Below, one piece after another: positions 19,459-29,006 of a DNA stretch of 64,000 nucleotides. Source of the DNA: Anaeromyxobacteraceae bacterium (GTDB taxonomy: Bacteria; Myxococcota; Myxococcia; Myxococcales; Anaeromyxobacteraceae); the NCBI GenBank assembly GCA_032654565.1, contig JAULAX010000017.1, forward strand, positions 416,001-480,000. Reading direction: 5' to 3'. The position numbers and the translations under genes were made by a program. Numbering within the stretch: the first letter of the stretch is position 1; each line of letters starts with the position of its first letter. The notes beneath the pieces are model-generated. The model saw only the letters and a list, made by a program, of their open reading frames with translations. It ran no database searches and had not been told where the DNA came from.

Positions 19459-20090
19459 GCCCGGCGCGCTCGCCACCGCGGGGCCAGCTGCCCCCCGGCC
19501 GTTGCCCCCGCTGCGCCTTCCCCACCGAGGGGACGTGCCTGTGCCCGTCGATCCCCCGGCTCGAGGTGGGGGTCCGCATCCTGGTGGTGCGGCACGCCAG
19601 CGAGCGGATCCGCATGACCAACAGCGGCCGCTGGGCGGCCGCGGCGCTGGTGGGCGCCACCGTCTTCGACCACGCCCTCGAGGAGACCCGCTGCGACGCC
19701 GACCTGGCCACGGCCATCGGCGAGGCCCCGGCCTGGCTCCTCTACCCGTCCGGCGCCGGAGGCCGGCCCCCGGGCCCCCTGCCCCGCACCCTGGTGGTCC
19801 CCGACGCCACCTGGTCGCAGGCCCGCCGCATGGTGCAGCGGCTGGCGCCGCTCCAGTCCCTGCCCCGGCTCGACCTGCCGCCGCCGCCGACCACGCTGCG
19901 CCTCCGCGAGCCGCCCCGGGCCGGGGGGATGTCGACCCTGGAGGCCGTCGCCGGCGCCCTGGAGCTGCTGGGCGACGCCGCCGCGGCCGCGGCGCTGCGC
20001 GCCCTCCACGAGGTGGCGGTGGAGAAGACGCTCCGCCTCAAGGGCATGTGGCCCCCCGGCCGTGAACACCCTCGCACCGAGCCCCGATGA
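19455..20090 (+). CDS. DTW-domain tRNA-uridine aminocarboxypropyltransferase (TapT/YfiP family)
   Basis: [33 protein letters not shown]. Confidence 0.85.
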
Positions 20091-21091
20091 CCGACCCCTT
20101 CGTCCCCGCCCCGCTGCTCCGCGACGCCGACGCCCAGACCATCTTCGCCAACCTCTGGCGGCCGCGCCCCGGCCCCCACATGGTCCGGGTCCGCTGGGAG
20201 CTGGAGGACGGCGACTTCCTCGACCTCGACCGGGCCGCCGGACCCACGCCGGAGTCCCCGGTGGCGGTCCTCTGCCACGGCCTGGAGGGCTCCTCGACCG
20301 CGCCCTACATCCGCGGCCTGGCCCGCGCCTGCGTGGCCCGGGGCCTGGCCGTGGCGGCGCTCAACTTCCGGACCTGCGGCGGCGAGCCCAACCGGCTGCT
20401 GCGCTCCTACCACTCCGGCGAGACCACCGACCTCGGCGAGGTGGTCCGCCGCCTGTTGCGGGAGCGACCGGGGCGGCCGGTGGTGGTGGCCGGTTTCTCG
20501 CTGGGGGGCAACGTGGTGACCAAGTGGCTCGGCGAGCACGGCGAGGCCCTGCCCGGGGAGGTCCGCGGCGGCGCCGCCATCTCGGTCCCCTTCGACCTCG
20601 GCGCCTGCCAGCGGCGCATCGACGGCCCGGGGACCTTCAGCTGGATCTACCGCGAGCGGTTCATGCGCCGGCTGCGGCGCAAGGCGGCCCTCAAGGCCCG
20701 TCGGTTCCCCGGGGCCTTCGACGCCCGGGCCCTGGCCGCGGCCACCACCTTCGGCGAGTACGACCAGCTGATGACGGCGCCGGCCCACGGCTTCGCCTCG
20801 CGCGAGGACTACTACCAGCGCTGCTCGGCAGGCCGCTTCGTCGCCGGGATCCGCCGCCCCTACCTGGCGCTCTCGGCCGCCGACGATCCCATGGTGCCGG
20901 CCGAGTCGCTGCCGGTGGCCGCGGCCGGGGCCAACCCGTCGGTCCGGCTGGTGGTCACCCCCCACGGCGGGCACACCGGGTTCGTCGACGGCACGCCGCT
21001 CCGTCCCGGCTTCTGGGCCGAGCGGACCGTGGCCGACTTCCTGGCCGGGCTGGCGGGTGGGGAGACCGGGGCTACCGCATCCCGCCCTTGA
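20087..21091 (+). CDS. Alpha/beta hydrolase, YheT family
   Basis: DGDFLDLD, HGLEGSS, GFSLGGN nucleophile elbow, DDP, GGHTGF. Confidence 0.88.
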   Translation: MTDPFVPAPLLRDADAQTIFANLWRPRPGPHMVRVRWELEDGDFLDLDRAAGPTPESPVAVLCHGLEGSSTAPYIRGLARACVARGLAVAALNFRTCGGEPNRLLRSYHSGETTDLGEVVRRLLRERPGRPVVVAGFSLGGNVVTKWLGEHGEALPGEVRGGAAISVPFDLGACQRRIDGPGTFSWIYRERFMRRLRRKAALKARRFPGAFDARALAAATTFGEYDQLMTAPAHGFASREDYYQRCSAGRFVAGIRRPYLALSAADDPMVPAESLPVAAAGANPSVRLVVTPHGGHTGFVDGTPLRPGFWAERTVADFLAGLAGGETGATASRP

Positions 21092-21371
21092 CGAAGGCCG
21101 CGACCTCCTTGATCTCGGCCGCGGTCAGCTTGCCGGCGAACGGGGTCATCTTCCCCCGGCCGCTGGTGACCACGGCCTCCATCTGGACGGCGCTGAGCGC
21201 GCTGGCGGTCAGGTCCTTGACCCCGAGCTTCTTGCCGATGGTGGTCTGGCCCTTGCCGTCGGTCCCGTGGCAGGAGACGCACCTGGCCACGTAGATCGCC
21301 TTGCCCTCGGCGGCGGAGGCGACGGTGCTGGTGGCGGCGAGCAGGGCGGCGGCGATGAGGAGGCGCTTCAT
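21072..21371 (-). CDS. Monoheme class I cytochrome c (c6/c553-like)
   Basis: Signal peptide MKRLLIAAALLAA; CVSCHG heme motif; GKMTPF distal Met. Confidence 0.88.
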   Translation of the reverse strand: MKRLLIAAALLAATSTVASAAEGKAIYVARCVSCHGTDGKGQTTIGKKLGVKDLTASALSAVQMEAVVTSGRGKMTPFAGKLTAAEIKEVAAFVKGGMR

Positions 21372-21403
21372 GTGGACTCCGGTGCGGGTGAGGCGTGGGA
21401 CGG

Positions 21404-22630
21404 TCAGGGGACGGCGGGCTTGGCGGCGCTGGTCTTGAAGGTACCGACGAGGATGGGCACGGAGATCTTCACCAGGATGGTGAAGATGAGGAAGCCGATC
21501 CCGAAGATGCCGACGGCGATCGACCACTCGGTCAGGGTGGGCCGGTACTCGTAGATCTCGCCGAGGGTGTCGGGGGTCATCCCCGGGATCACCAGCCCCA
21601 GCCCCTTCTCGATGTAGACGCCGGCCCAGATCAGCAGGCACCCCACGTTGAGGGCGACCCAGTTCTGCCGCAGCTTCGGCACCAGGAAGATGAAGAAGGC
21701 CGCGGTGCTGGCCACCAGCGAGGTCCAGGCGAACGGCACCAGGGCTTTGTGCTCGCCGAGGCCGAACCAGAGGTACTGGGTGTACCGGAGCTCCTGGGTC
21801 TGGGAGTAGAACTCCTTGAAGAGCTCGGCGCCGAGCAGGAAGAGGTTGATGAACATGGCGTAGGCCATCAGCTCGGCGATCTTCCAGATGGCCTCGTCCT
21901 TGATGGGGATCCGGGTGGTCTTCCGCAGCACCTGGAAGAGGATGATCATCACCGCCGGCCCGGAGCAGAAGGCCGAGGCCAGGAAGCGGGGCGCCAGGAT
22001 GGAGGCGTTCCAGAAGGGGCGCGCCGCCATGCCGTTGTAGAGGAAGGCGGTCACGGTGTGGGTGCTGATGGAGACGGGGATGGAGAGGAGCACCAGCGGC
22101 AGCAGGATCTTCTTGTTGGGCTCCCTGCCGGCGTAGGCCTGGAAGAGGATGTAGAGCACCACGGTGACGTTGAGCACCAGGTAGATGTTGAGCACCAGGG
22201 CGTCCCAGGTGAGCAGCGAGCGCGGCCAGTTGGGGGTGCCCAGCAGCGGCAGCATGTGGTGCAGCCGGTCGGGCCGCCCCATGTCCACCATGATGAAGAG
22301 CAGGCACATGGCCAGGGCCGAGATGGCCAGCAGCTCGCCGAGGAGCACCACCTCCTTGAGCGGACCCCAGTGGTAGACGTAGGCCGGGATCACCAGCAGC
22401 ACGGCGGCGGCGGCCACCCCGACCAGGAAGGTGAAGTTGCCGATGTAGAAGGCCCAGGAGACCTGGTCGCGGATGTTGGTGGCGATCAGGCCGGTGCGGG
22501 CCTGGTGGACGTAGGCCACCAGGCCGATGGCGATGGCCACGCCGAGGGCGCCGAGCCAGATGTAGTAGGCCGGCTTGTCGGACTTCAGCTGCCGGCCACA
22601 GCCCTTGAGGAACTCGAGGATGCCGTTCAT
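21404..22630 (-). CDS. NrfD/PsrC/DsrP-family quinol-interacting membrane subunit
   Basis: About 10 TM helices; VSWAFYIGNFTFLVGVAAAA, DMGRPDR, SLLTWD, HTVTAFL, APRFLASAF, YRPTLTEW. Confidence 0.9.
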   Translation of the reverse strand: MNGILEFLKGCGRQLKSDKPAYYIWLGALGVAIAIGLVAYVHQARTGLIATNIRDQVSWAFYIGNFTFLVGVAAAAVLLVIPAYVYHWGPLKEVVLLGELLAISALAMCLLFIMVDMGRPDRLHHMLPLLGTPNWPRSLLTWDALVLNIYLVLNVTVVLYILFQAYAGREPNKKILLPLVLLSIPVSISTHTVTAFLYNGMAARPFWNASILAPRFLASAFCSGPAVMIILFQVLRKTTRIPIKDEAIWKIAELMAYAMFINLFLLGAELFKEFYSQTQELRYTQYLWFGLGEHKALVPFAWTSLVASTAAFFIFLVPKLRQNWVALNVGCLLIWAGVYIEKGLGLVIPGMTPDTLGEIYEYRPTLTEWSIAVGIFGIGFLIFTILVKISVPILVGTFKTSAAKPAVP

Positions 22631-22643
22631 GGGGGTGGCCTCG

Positions 22644-23603
22644 TCAGGTGGCGTAGAAGTAGTAGAACTGGGGTTGGGTGGCGAGCTCCTCCTTGAAGAT
22701 GAAGACCCGCTTGGTCTCCATCACCTTGCGGATCTCGCTCTCCGGGTCGAGGAGGTTGCCGAACTTGCGCGCCCCCACCGGGCAGGCCTCGACGCAGGCG
22801 GTGTAGCGCCCCTGGCGCGACCGCTGGACGCAGAAGGTGCACTTCTCCACCACGCCCTTGGGGCGCGGGCGGTTGCCGAGGAAGTGCTGGACCGGGTTGA
22901 GCTCGGCGGCCGGCAGGTTGGGCTCGCCGAGGTTGAAGTGGCGGGCGCCGTAGGGGCAGGCCGACATGCAGCAGCGGCAGCCGATGCACCAGTCGTAGTC
23001 GATGACCACGATGCCGTCCGCCTGCTTCCAGGTGGCCTGGGTGGGGCAAGCCTTGACGCAGGGCGGGTTGCGGCACTGCTGGCACTGGACCGGGAAGTAG
23101 AACTTGCCGGGCTGGGGGACGGTGGCCGGGTCGTAGTAATGCTCGGCGTGGGTCAGGTCGACGCCGTGCTCCTTGTCCATCTCCAGCACCCGGATCCAGT
23201 GGATCTGCGGCCGCTCGCGGGACTGGTTGTTCTCCTTGACGCAGGCGTAGACGCAGCGCCGGCAGCCGATGCAGCGGGAGAGGTCGAGGCCGTAGCCGAA
23301 CACCACGCCCGGCAGCGGCCCCTCGGCGGTGACGGTGGTGTCGCGCCCCCAGGTGGCCTTGTTGGTGGCCTCCACCTTCTGCAGCACCCGCTTCAGCGCC
23401 GGCCCGCTCAGTTCGTTGAAGTGGCGCCGGAAGAAGTCCTCGGTCGAGAACCCCTTGCAGCCGGCCAGCGAGGCCAGCGCCGCGCCCGCCGCCGCGGTGC
23501 GCAGGAAGGCCCGGCGCTCCGGGTCGAGGCCCGGCTCGCGGAGGTCGGGCGCCAGGTCCACCGGGCCGGCGGGGAGCACCGGGAGCGGCCGCGGGGGGCT
23601 CAC
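22644..23603 (-). CDS. 4Fe-4S ferredoxin subunit (NrfC/DsrO/DmsB family) with Tat signal
   Basis: ERRAFLR Tat motif plus LAGC lipobox; CIGCRRCVYAC, CQQCRNPPCVKACP, CIGCRCCMSACP, KCTFC...ACVEACP. Confidence 0.9.
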   Translation of the reverse strand: MSPPRPLPVLPAGPVDLAPDLREPGLDPERRAFLRTAAAGAALASLAGCKGFSTEDFFRRHFNELSGPALKRVLQKVEATNKATWGRDTTVTAEGPLPGVVFGYGLDLSRCIGCRRCVYACVKENNQSRERPQIHWIRVLEMDKEHGVDLTHAEHYYDPATVPQPGKFYFPVQCQQCRNPPCVKACPTQATWKQADGIVVIDYDWCIGCRCCMSACPYGARHFNLGEPNLPAAELNPVQHFLGNRPRPKGVVEKCTFCVQRSRQGRYTACVEACPVGARKFGNLLDPESEIRKVMETKRVFIFKEELATQPQFYYFYAT

Positions 23604-24244
23604 GGGCGCACCTCCTCGGGGCGGCGGGGCCTGGGCTCGGGCTTGATCCTCTCCAGGGTCGGCATCACCAGCAGCTTCCCGTCCACCATGGACTCCTTGA
23701 CCCCCTTGAAGAGCGGGGTGTGCGGGTTGTGGCAGTTCACGCAGAGGAAGGTGGTCCTGGCCCCGTCCCAGTTGCCGATCCGCTTGCCGTGCACGCCGAC
23801 GCGCCAGTCGCGCAGCTTGTCGCCGTGGCACTGGCCACAGAGCCGGTAGGACTCGGTGAAGGGGACCAGGTCGCCGTTGGTGAGGTGGAGCTGGTCGCGC
23901 CGCTGGGCGTCATGGCAGTCGAGGCACCAGCGGTGCTCGGCGTCGTGGGCGAAGACCGACTGCTGCTCGTCGTGGAAGCCGAGGTCGCGGCGCGCCGTGT
24001 TCACCTTCTCCTTCCCATCGTGGCAGCCGCTGCACGGGAAGATCCCCTCGGTGAACGGGGGCGAGGTGGCCTGGATCACCTGGGCGGCGGCGGCGGGCTT
24101 CTTCGCCGCCGTGGCGGGCGCCGCGGCTCCGGCCTTCGGCTCGGAGGAGGAGGCGGCGGCCGGCCACCCGGTCAACAGGGCCAGCGCCAGCAACGGCGCC
24201 AGTCGGGGGCGCCTCGAAGAGCGGGTGAACCACGTCGGTCGCAT
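23600..24244 (-). CDS. Tetraheme c-type cytochrome
   Basis: Signal peptide; four CxxCH motifs (CSGCH, CLDCH, CGQCH, CVNCH). Confidence 0.88.
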   Translation of the reverse strand: MRPTWFTRSSRRPRLAPLLALALLTGWPAAASSSEPKAGAAAPATAAKKPAAAAQVIQATSPPFTEGIFPCSGCHDGKEKVNTARRDLGFHDEQQSVFAHDAEHRWCLDCHDAQRRDQLHLTNGDLVPFTESYRLCGQCHGDKLRDWRVGVHGKRIGNWDGARTTFLCVNCHNPHTPLFKGVKESMVDGKLLVMPTLERIKPEPRPRRPEEVRP

Positions 24245-24294
24245 GCGGCCTCCAGTCCAGGCTGGAGGGTACCTCCCCGAGGGGGGTCCGCCGC

Positions 24295-24308
24295 TTGCGC
24301 GCGATCAA
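24295..24308. promoter_or_regulatory. Possible FNR/CRP-type operator upstream of the cytochrome operon
   Basis: TTGCG-CGCG-ATCAA, 8/10 match to TTGAT-N4-ATCAA, about 50 nt upstream of ATG 24244. Confidence 0.35.
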
Positions 24309-24366
24309 CTCGCAGGTTCACTCTTGGGTAGCAACAGGGGAATTCGCCCCGTTCCAGCCCTCCCCT

Positions 24367-25611
24367 TCACGCCCGGACGGTCGACCGCCGGCGCGTCACC
24401 GCCACCATGCCCAGCAGCACCACGATGCCGACGCCGGTCAGCGCCACGTCGGCGACGAGGCTCCCACGGACGCCCAGCCCGGGCAGCCGCGAGCCCCAGC
24501 CGTCGAGCGTGGTCACGTAGCTGCTGGCCAGGTTGGCGATGGCGATGAAGGCGGTGTACTTGGTGGCCGCCCCGGCGCCGCTCCCGCAGAGCTCGAGGAT
24601 GAAGGCGGCCAGGGTGGCGAAGGCGATGCCGTTGGTGAAGGAGTAGAGCAGCACGCCCCAGGTGTAGGTGGTGGCGTTGAGCGGGGCGAAGAACATCGCC
24701 AGCGCCGTCCCCGCGGTCAGCGCGCCGGAGAGGGCGTAGGCCAGCCGCCGGTTCATCCGGTCGGCCAGCGCCCCGCCCACCAGGGCGCCCAGCGCCCCCA
24801 CCACGCCGCCGCCCAGCCCGTTGACCATCGCCACCAGGTCCTCGCCGGCCTGGTACTCGGTGGCCATGGCGGTGAAGAGGTTGGTGAGCGCCCCGGCCCC
24901 CACCGGCATGGCGCAGATCACCAGGCCGGTCCAGCCGTCCCGGCTGGTGACGGTCCGCCAGACGTCGCCCAGCACCTCGCCGAGGCGTGAGGCCACGTCG
25001 GCGAGCCAGCCCCGGCTGGTGGCCACCACCGCGGTGGCCACCTCGTGGATGCGCAGCGCCGGCAGGAGCGCCAGCAGGGTCACGCCGGCCAGCACCAGGC
25101 CGGCCACCGGCACCGAGCCGGTCACCTTGGCGACCCAGAGGGCCAGGGCCCCGAGCACGCCGGTGAAGCCGACGTTCCCGGCCATGCGGTAGCCGCCGGC
25201 CTTGCCCTTGTCCTCGCCGCGGGTGGTGATGGCCATCAGGCCGTCGGCGGCCGCCGCCGAGGTGGTCCCGGCCACCTGGGCGATGGCCGCCAGCGCCGTG
25301 TAGGTGACCAGGTGGTGGCCCGGGTCGGGGAAGAAGGCCAGCACCGCCAGCGCCACCGCGGTGAGCACGGTGGTGGCGACGTACCAGCGCTTGCGGTGGC
25401 CGCCCAGGTCCACCAGCGGCGCCCAGAGGAACTTGAAGGCGTGCGGGGTGTTGGCGATGCCGGAGATGGTCCCGATGGCCGCCAGCGAGACGCCCTGCGC
25501 CTCCAGCCAGAAGGGCGCGGCGATCGACACGTAGCCGACCGCCGCGCCGAACGGCAGGATGGTGAAGGCGAAGAGGGACGGCGGTGTCGGGCGGGCGCGT
25601 TCGGACACCAC
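24367..25611 (-). CDS. MFS transporter, AmpG-like
   Basis: About 12 TM helices; PHAFKFLWAPLVD, GGALADRMNRR, ATKYTAF. Confidence 0.8.
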   Translation of the reverse strand: MVSERARPTPPSLFAFTILPFGAAVGYVSIAAPFWLEAQGVSLAAIGTISGIANTPHAFKFLWAPLVDLGGHRKRWYVATTVLTAVALAVLAFFPDPGHHLVTYTALAAIAQVAGTTSAAAADGLMAITTRGEDKGKAGGYRMAGNVGFTGVLGALALWVAKVTGSVPVAGLVLAGVTLLALLPALRIHEVATAVVATSRGWLADVASRLGEVLGDVWRTVTSRDGWTGLVICAMPVGAGALTNLFTAMATEYQAGEDLVAMVNGLGGGVVGALGALVGGALADRMNRRLAYALSGALTAGTALAMFFAPLNATTYTWGVLLYSFTNGIAFATLAAFILELCGSGAGAATKYTAFIAIANLASSYVTTLDGWGSRLPGLGVRGSLVADVALTGVGIVVLLGMVAVTRRRSTVRA

Positions 25612-25616
25612 GCCTG

Positions 25617-25805
25617 CTACTTGGTCTTCAGCTTGTCGATCTCGGCGTTCTGCGACGCCACCAGCTTCTCCAGCCGGCGGATGTCCTCGCGGCGGGTGGC
25701 CAGCTCGGCGTCGAGCTGGACCTTCTCGTCGCGCAGCTTGAGGTACCCGTTCATCAGCCCCTGCACCTGGGCGACCAGCCCGGTCAAATCCTTGAGTTCC
25801 GACAT
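25617..25805 (-). CDS. Small coiled-coil protein (62 aa), ZapB-like
   Basis: MSELKDLTGLVAQVQGLMNGYLKLRDEKVQLDAEL... heptad pattern; purine-rich RBS upstream. Confidence 0.55.
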   Translation of the reverse strand: MSELKDLTGLVAQVQGLMNGYLKLRDEKVQLDAELATRREDIRRLEKLVASQNAEIDKLKTK

Positions 25806-25985
25806 GGCGTGACCCTCTTCGGCGACGACGCCGCCCTCAGCCGAGGACGCGCGTCGGAGTGGAGGCGCCCCAGCCGCTGGGCCGGGGCGCGAGGGCGCGG
25901 AGACTCTCACGACGTGGCCGCCCGAGGCAAGGGCGCGGCCGCCGGGCGCGGCCACCGGGCGCGGCGAGGGGTGGCGGGGCCGGAC

Positions 25986-26246
25986 TCAGCAGGAGGCCGG
26001 TGAGGGCTGGAGGCGCCCGGCCTCCACCAGCACCTCGGCGAACCACTCTGCCAGGGCCTCCTCCCCGTACTGGTGCTCCAGCTCGAAGAGCACGGCCACC
26101 TCGTCCTGGTCGAAGTGGCGCGCCACCCAGCGGTCGAAGACGGGGGCGAGCGGCTCCCGCGGCAGCCCCATGACGGGCGGCGGCGGATCCTCGCGCATCA
26201 GCGTGACGAACTTGCGTCGGACCTGGTCCAGCTGGCGCGTGGTCAT
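25986..26246 (-). CDS. Hypothetical protein (86 aa)
   Basis: MTTRQLDQVRRKFVTLMRED...; protein-like composition and GC3-rich codons. Confidence 0.55.
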   Translation of the reverse strand: MTTRQLDQVRRKFVTLMREDPPPPVMGLPREPLAPVFDRWVARHFDQDEVAVLFELEHQYGEEALAEWFAEVLVEAGRLQPSPASC

Positions 26247-26492
26247 CCCCGTCCCCCTGCGCCGGGAGAAAGCATGCGGCGTGCCCGCGGCCACGCCTGT
26301 GGTGGCGCCCCCTTGGGCGTGGGGCACCGGCCCCGTGGGTCGGCGCGCCTCCCCCTCCCGACCCCCTCCCGGAACCGGCGGCCCCCCCGGGGCCTCGGCC
26401 AGCCCCGGAGCCGCGGGCCCTCCCCCGATTGCGCCTCCCCCCACCCCATGCCACCGTCGGTGGCTCACCACCCTTCAGCGAGGTCGCCGCGC

Positions 26493-27584
26493 ATGGGCAA
26501 GAGGTTCCGGATCGCCATCAACACCGGCGGCGGCGACGCCCCCGGCCTCAACGCCGTCCTCTACGCCGTCACCATGGCGGCGCACGGACGCGGCTGGGAG
26601 GTCCACGGCATCCTCCAGGGGTACGCCGGCCTCTTCGACACCAGCAAGATCGTCCAGCTCACCCCGGAGAAGGTGGCCGGCATCATGGACCACGGCGGGA
26701 CCATCCTCGGCACCACCAACAAGGGCGATCCCTTCCGCCGCCCGCACGAGCGCCCCGACGGCACCGTCGAGTACCGGGACGACTCGGACAAGCTGGTGGA
26801 GAACTTCAAGCGGCTGGGCTTCGACGTGCTGGTGGCGGTGGGCGGCGACGGCTCGCTGAAGCTGGCCCACCGGCTCTCCGAGAAGGGGCTGCGGGTCATC
26901 GGGGTGCCCAAGACCATCGACAACGACCTGGCGCTGACCCAGCAGACCTTCGGCTTCGACACCGCGGTGACCACCGCCACCGAGGCCATCGACAAGCTCC
27001 ACTCCACCGCCTCGGCCCACGACCGGATCATGGTGGTGGAGGTGATGGGGCGCTACGCCGGCTGGATCGCCCTCCACAGCGGCGTCTCCGGCGACGCCGA
27101 CGTCATCCTCATCCCGGAGATCCCCTTCGACATCGAGAAGGTCTGCGAGCGCATCCTCGAGAACGAGGTCCGCGGCAAGCGCCACGGCATCGTGGTGGTG
27201 GCCGAGGGGGCCAAGGTGGGCGGGCAGCTGGTGACCCGGGAGAAGACCGACGAGGCGCGCGAGGAGGTGGTGCTGGGCGGCGTGGCCGAGTGGGTGGCCC
27301 GGGAGATCACCCGGCGCACCGGGAAGGAGACCCGCTCGCTGGTGCTCGGCCACCTGCAGCGCGGGGGCTCCCCCACCACCTGGGACCGGCTGCTGGCGCT
27401 CCGCTTCGGCGCCGCCGCGGTCCGCTTCATCGCCGATGGGCAGCGCAACGTCATGGTGGCGTGGCAGCCGCCGGACATGAAGGCGGTGCCCATCGCCGAG
27501 GTGATCGGCAAGACCAAGCAGGTCCCGGTGGAGTCGGACACCATCCAGACCTGCCGCGACCTCGGCATCTCGCTGGGGGACTGA
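26493..27584 (+). CDS. pfkA: 6-phosphofructokinase
   Basis: TGGGDAPGLNA, GGTILGT, GGDGS, PKTIDND, EVMGRYAGWIA, LGHLQRGG. Confidence 0.93.
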   Translation: MGKRFRIAINTGGGDAPGLNAVLYAVTMAAHGRGWEVHGILQGYAGLFDTSKIVQLTPEKVAGIMDHGGTILGTTNKGDPFRRPHERPDGTVEYRDDSDKLVENFKRLGFDVLVAVGGDGSLKLAHRLSEKGLRVIGVPKTIDNDLALTQQTFGFDTAVTTATEAIDKLHSTASAHDRIMVVEVMGRYAGWIALHSGVSGDADVILIPEIPFDIEKVCERILENEVRGKRHGIVVVAEGAKVGGQLVTREKTDEAREEVVLGGVAEWVAREITRRTGKETRSLVLGHLQRGGSPTTWDRLLALRFGAAAVRFIADGQRNVMVAWQPPDMKAVPIAEVIGKTKQVPVESDTIQTCRDLGISLGD

Positions 27585-27631
27585 CCGCGATCCGTCGCCT
27601 GGCCCGGGCCCGCCGCCGGGCGGCCCGAGGC

Positions 27632-28657
27632 CTACCGCTTCGCCGCCCGCCGCAGGATGACCAGCCCCGCCTTCAGGTCGCGAGGGAGCGGGGCCTCGAA
27701 GCGCACCGCCACCCCGGTGCGGGGGTGGGCGAAGCCGAGCCGCCAGGCGTGGAGCGCCTGCCGCCCGATGGCCGCCGCCGCCAGCCTTACCGGATCCTCC
27801 GGTTCGAGCCGCGCCTCGCGGCGCCGCCCGCCGTAGACGGCGTCCCCCAGCAGCGGGTGGCCGGCCTCGGCGAGGTGGACGCGGATCTGGTGGGTCCGCC
27901 CGGTCTCCAGCGCCACCTCCAGCAGCGCCGCCCCCTCGCCGAACCGCTCCTGCACGCGCCACCCGGTGACGGCCCGCCGGGTGCTGGCCACCCGGCCGGT
28001 GTAGCGGGTCCGATCGCGAGGGTGGCGGCCGTAGGGCGTGTCGAGCCGGCCGGTCCCGGCCGGGGCTCCGTGGACCAGCGCCAGGTAGGTCTTCTCCACG
28101 GTGCGGGCCTTGAAGGCGGCCTGCAGCGCCGCCAGCGCCGCCTCGCGCTTGGCCACCACCAGGCAGCCGGAGGTCTCCTTGTCGAGCCGGTGGACCAGGC
28201 CGAGGCGGGCCCCGCCCGGCGCCCCCTCCCCGAGCCGGTGCAGGAGGGCGTTGACCACGGTGCCGGCCGGCGAGCCCCGCGCCGGGTGGACCACCATGCC
28301 GGCGGCCTTGTCGAGCACCAGCAGGTCGGCGTCCTCGTGGAGCACCGAGAGCGGGAGGTCCTGCGCCACCAGCCCCGACGGCTCGGGGGCCGGCAGGGTG
28401 AGCGTCACCTCCTCGCCGCCGTGGAGCCGCGCCGAGGGGCGCGCCCCCCGGCCCGCCACCAGCACGTGGCCGTCGTCGATGAGCCGCTGGGCCCGGGCGC
28501 GGGTGAGCTCCGGCCAGAGCCGGACCAGGGCCAGGTCGAGCCGGAGTCCGGCCAGCGCCTCGGGAACCAGGGCGCGGCGCGGCTCGTCAGGGCGGGGGGC
28601 GGGGCGCTGGCGAGGGGCCGGGCCCGCGCGGGAGGCCGGTGGGCCGGGGCGAGCCAC
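27632..28657 (-). CDS. rluD: RluA-family 23S rRNA pseudouridine synthase
   Basis: S4-like N-term, KAAGMVVHP, VHRLDKETSG, ETGRTHQIRVHL, GD.VYG, RQALHA. Confidence 0.9.
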   Translation of the reverse strand: MARPGPPASRAGPAPRQRPAPRPDEPRRALVPEALAGLRLDLALVRLWPELTRARAQRLIDDGHVLVAGRGARPSARLHGGEEVTLTLPAPEPSGLVAQDLPLSVLHEDADLLVLDKAAGMVVHPARGSPAGTVVNALLHRLGEGAPGGARLGLVHRLDKETSGCLVVAKREAALAALQAAFKARTVEKTYLALVHGAPAGTGRLDTPYGRHPRDRTRYTGRVASTRRAVTGWRVQERFGEGAALLEVALETGRTHQIRVHLAEAGHPLLGDAVYGGRRREARLEPEDPVRLAAAAIGRQALHAWRLGFAHPRTGVAVRFEAPLPRDLKAGLVILRRAAKR

Positions 28658-28660
28658 CGA

Positions 28661-28927
28661 CTACCAGATCTTGGAGCGGATGCGCCCCTTGGGCTTCAGG
28701 ATCACGTCGACGACGGCGCGGTCGAAGAAGTTGGTGCGTGCCAGGACGTCGGGGGCGACCCGGGACTTGAACAGGTCGCGCCCCTCGGCCAGCTCGTCCT
28801 TGAGCACGTCGAAGAAGGTGTCCTGCTGGATGCCGCGGACCACCTTCTCCTCGTTGTAGAGGGAGATGTCCGAGCAGATGGCCCGGGCCAGCCGCATCGC
28901 CTGCTCGGGAGCCTCGATGAGCGCCAT
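28661..28927 (-). CDS. romX: RomX-like protein (88 aa; partner in the MglA GEF complex of Myxococcus)
   Basis: AMRLARAICSDISLYNEEKVVRGI...ELAEGRDLFKSRV...NFFDRAVVD...IRSKIW; size and rluD adjacency match my recollection of the romX locus. Confidence 0.65.
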   Translation of the reverse strand: MALIEAPEQAMRLARAICSDISLYNEEKVVRGIQQDTFFDVLKDELAEGRDLFKSRVAPDVLARTNFFDRAVVDVILKPKGRIRSKIW

Positions 28928-29006
28928 GTGGCCGATGGTACGAGAGCCCGCCGGTCCGGTCAACGAACTGGCCCGGCGCCCCGGCCCGGTGGAGCCGGCC
29001 GACGCC

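Noticed and set aside
26250..26490. G/C-run-rich intergenic region as G-quadruplex or ncRNA
   Set aside because: Such runs are expected at this GC content; no recognisable RNA family
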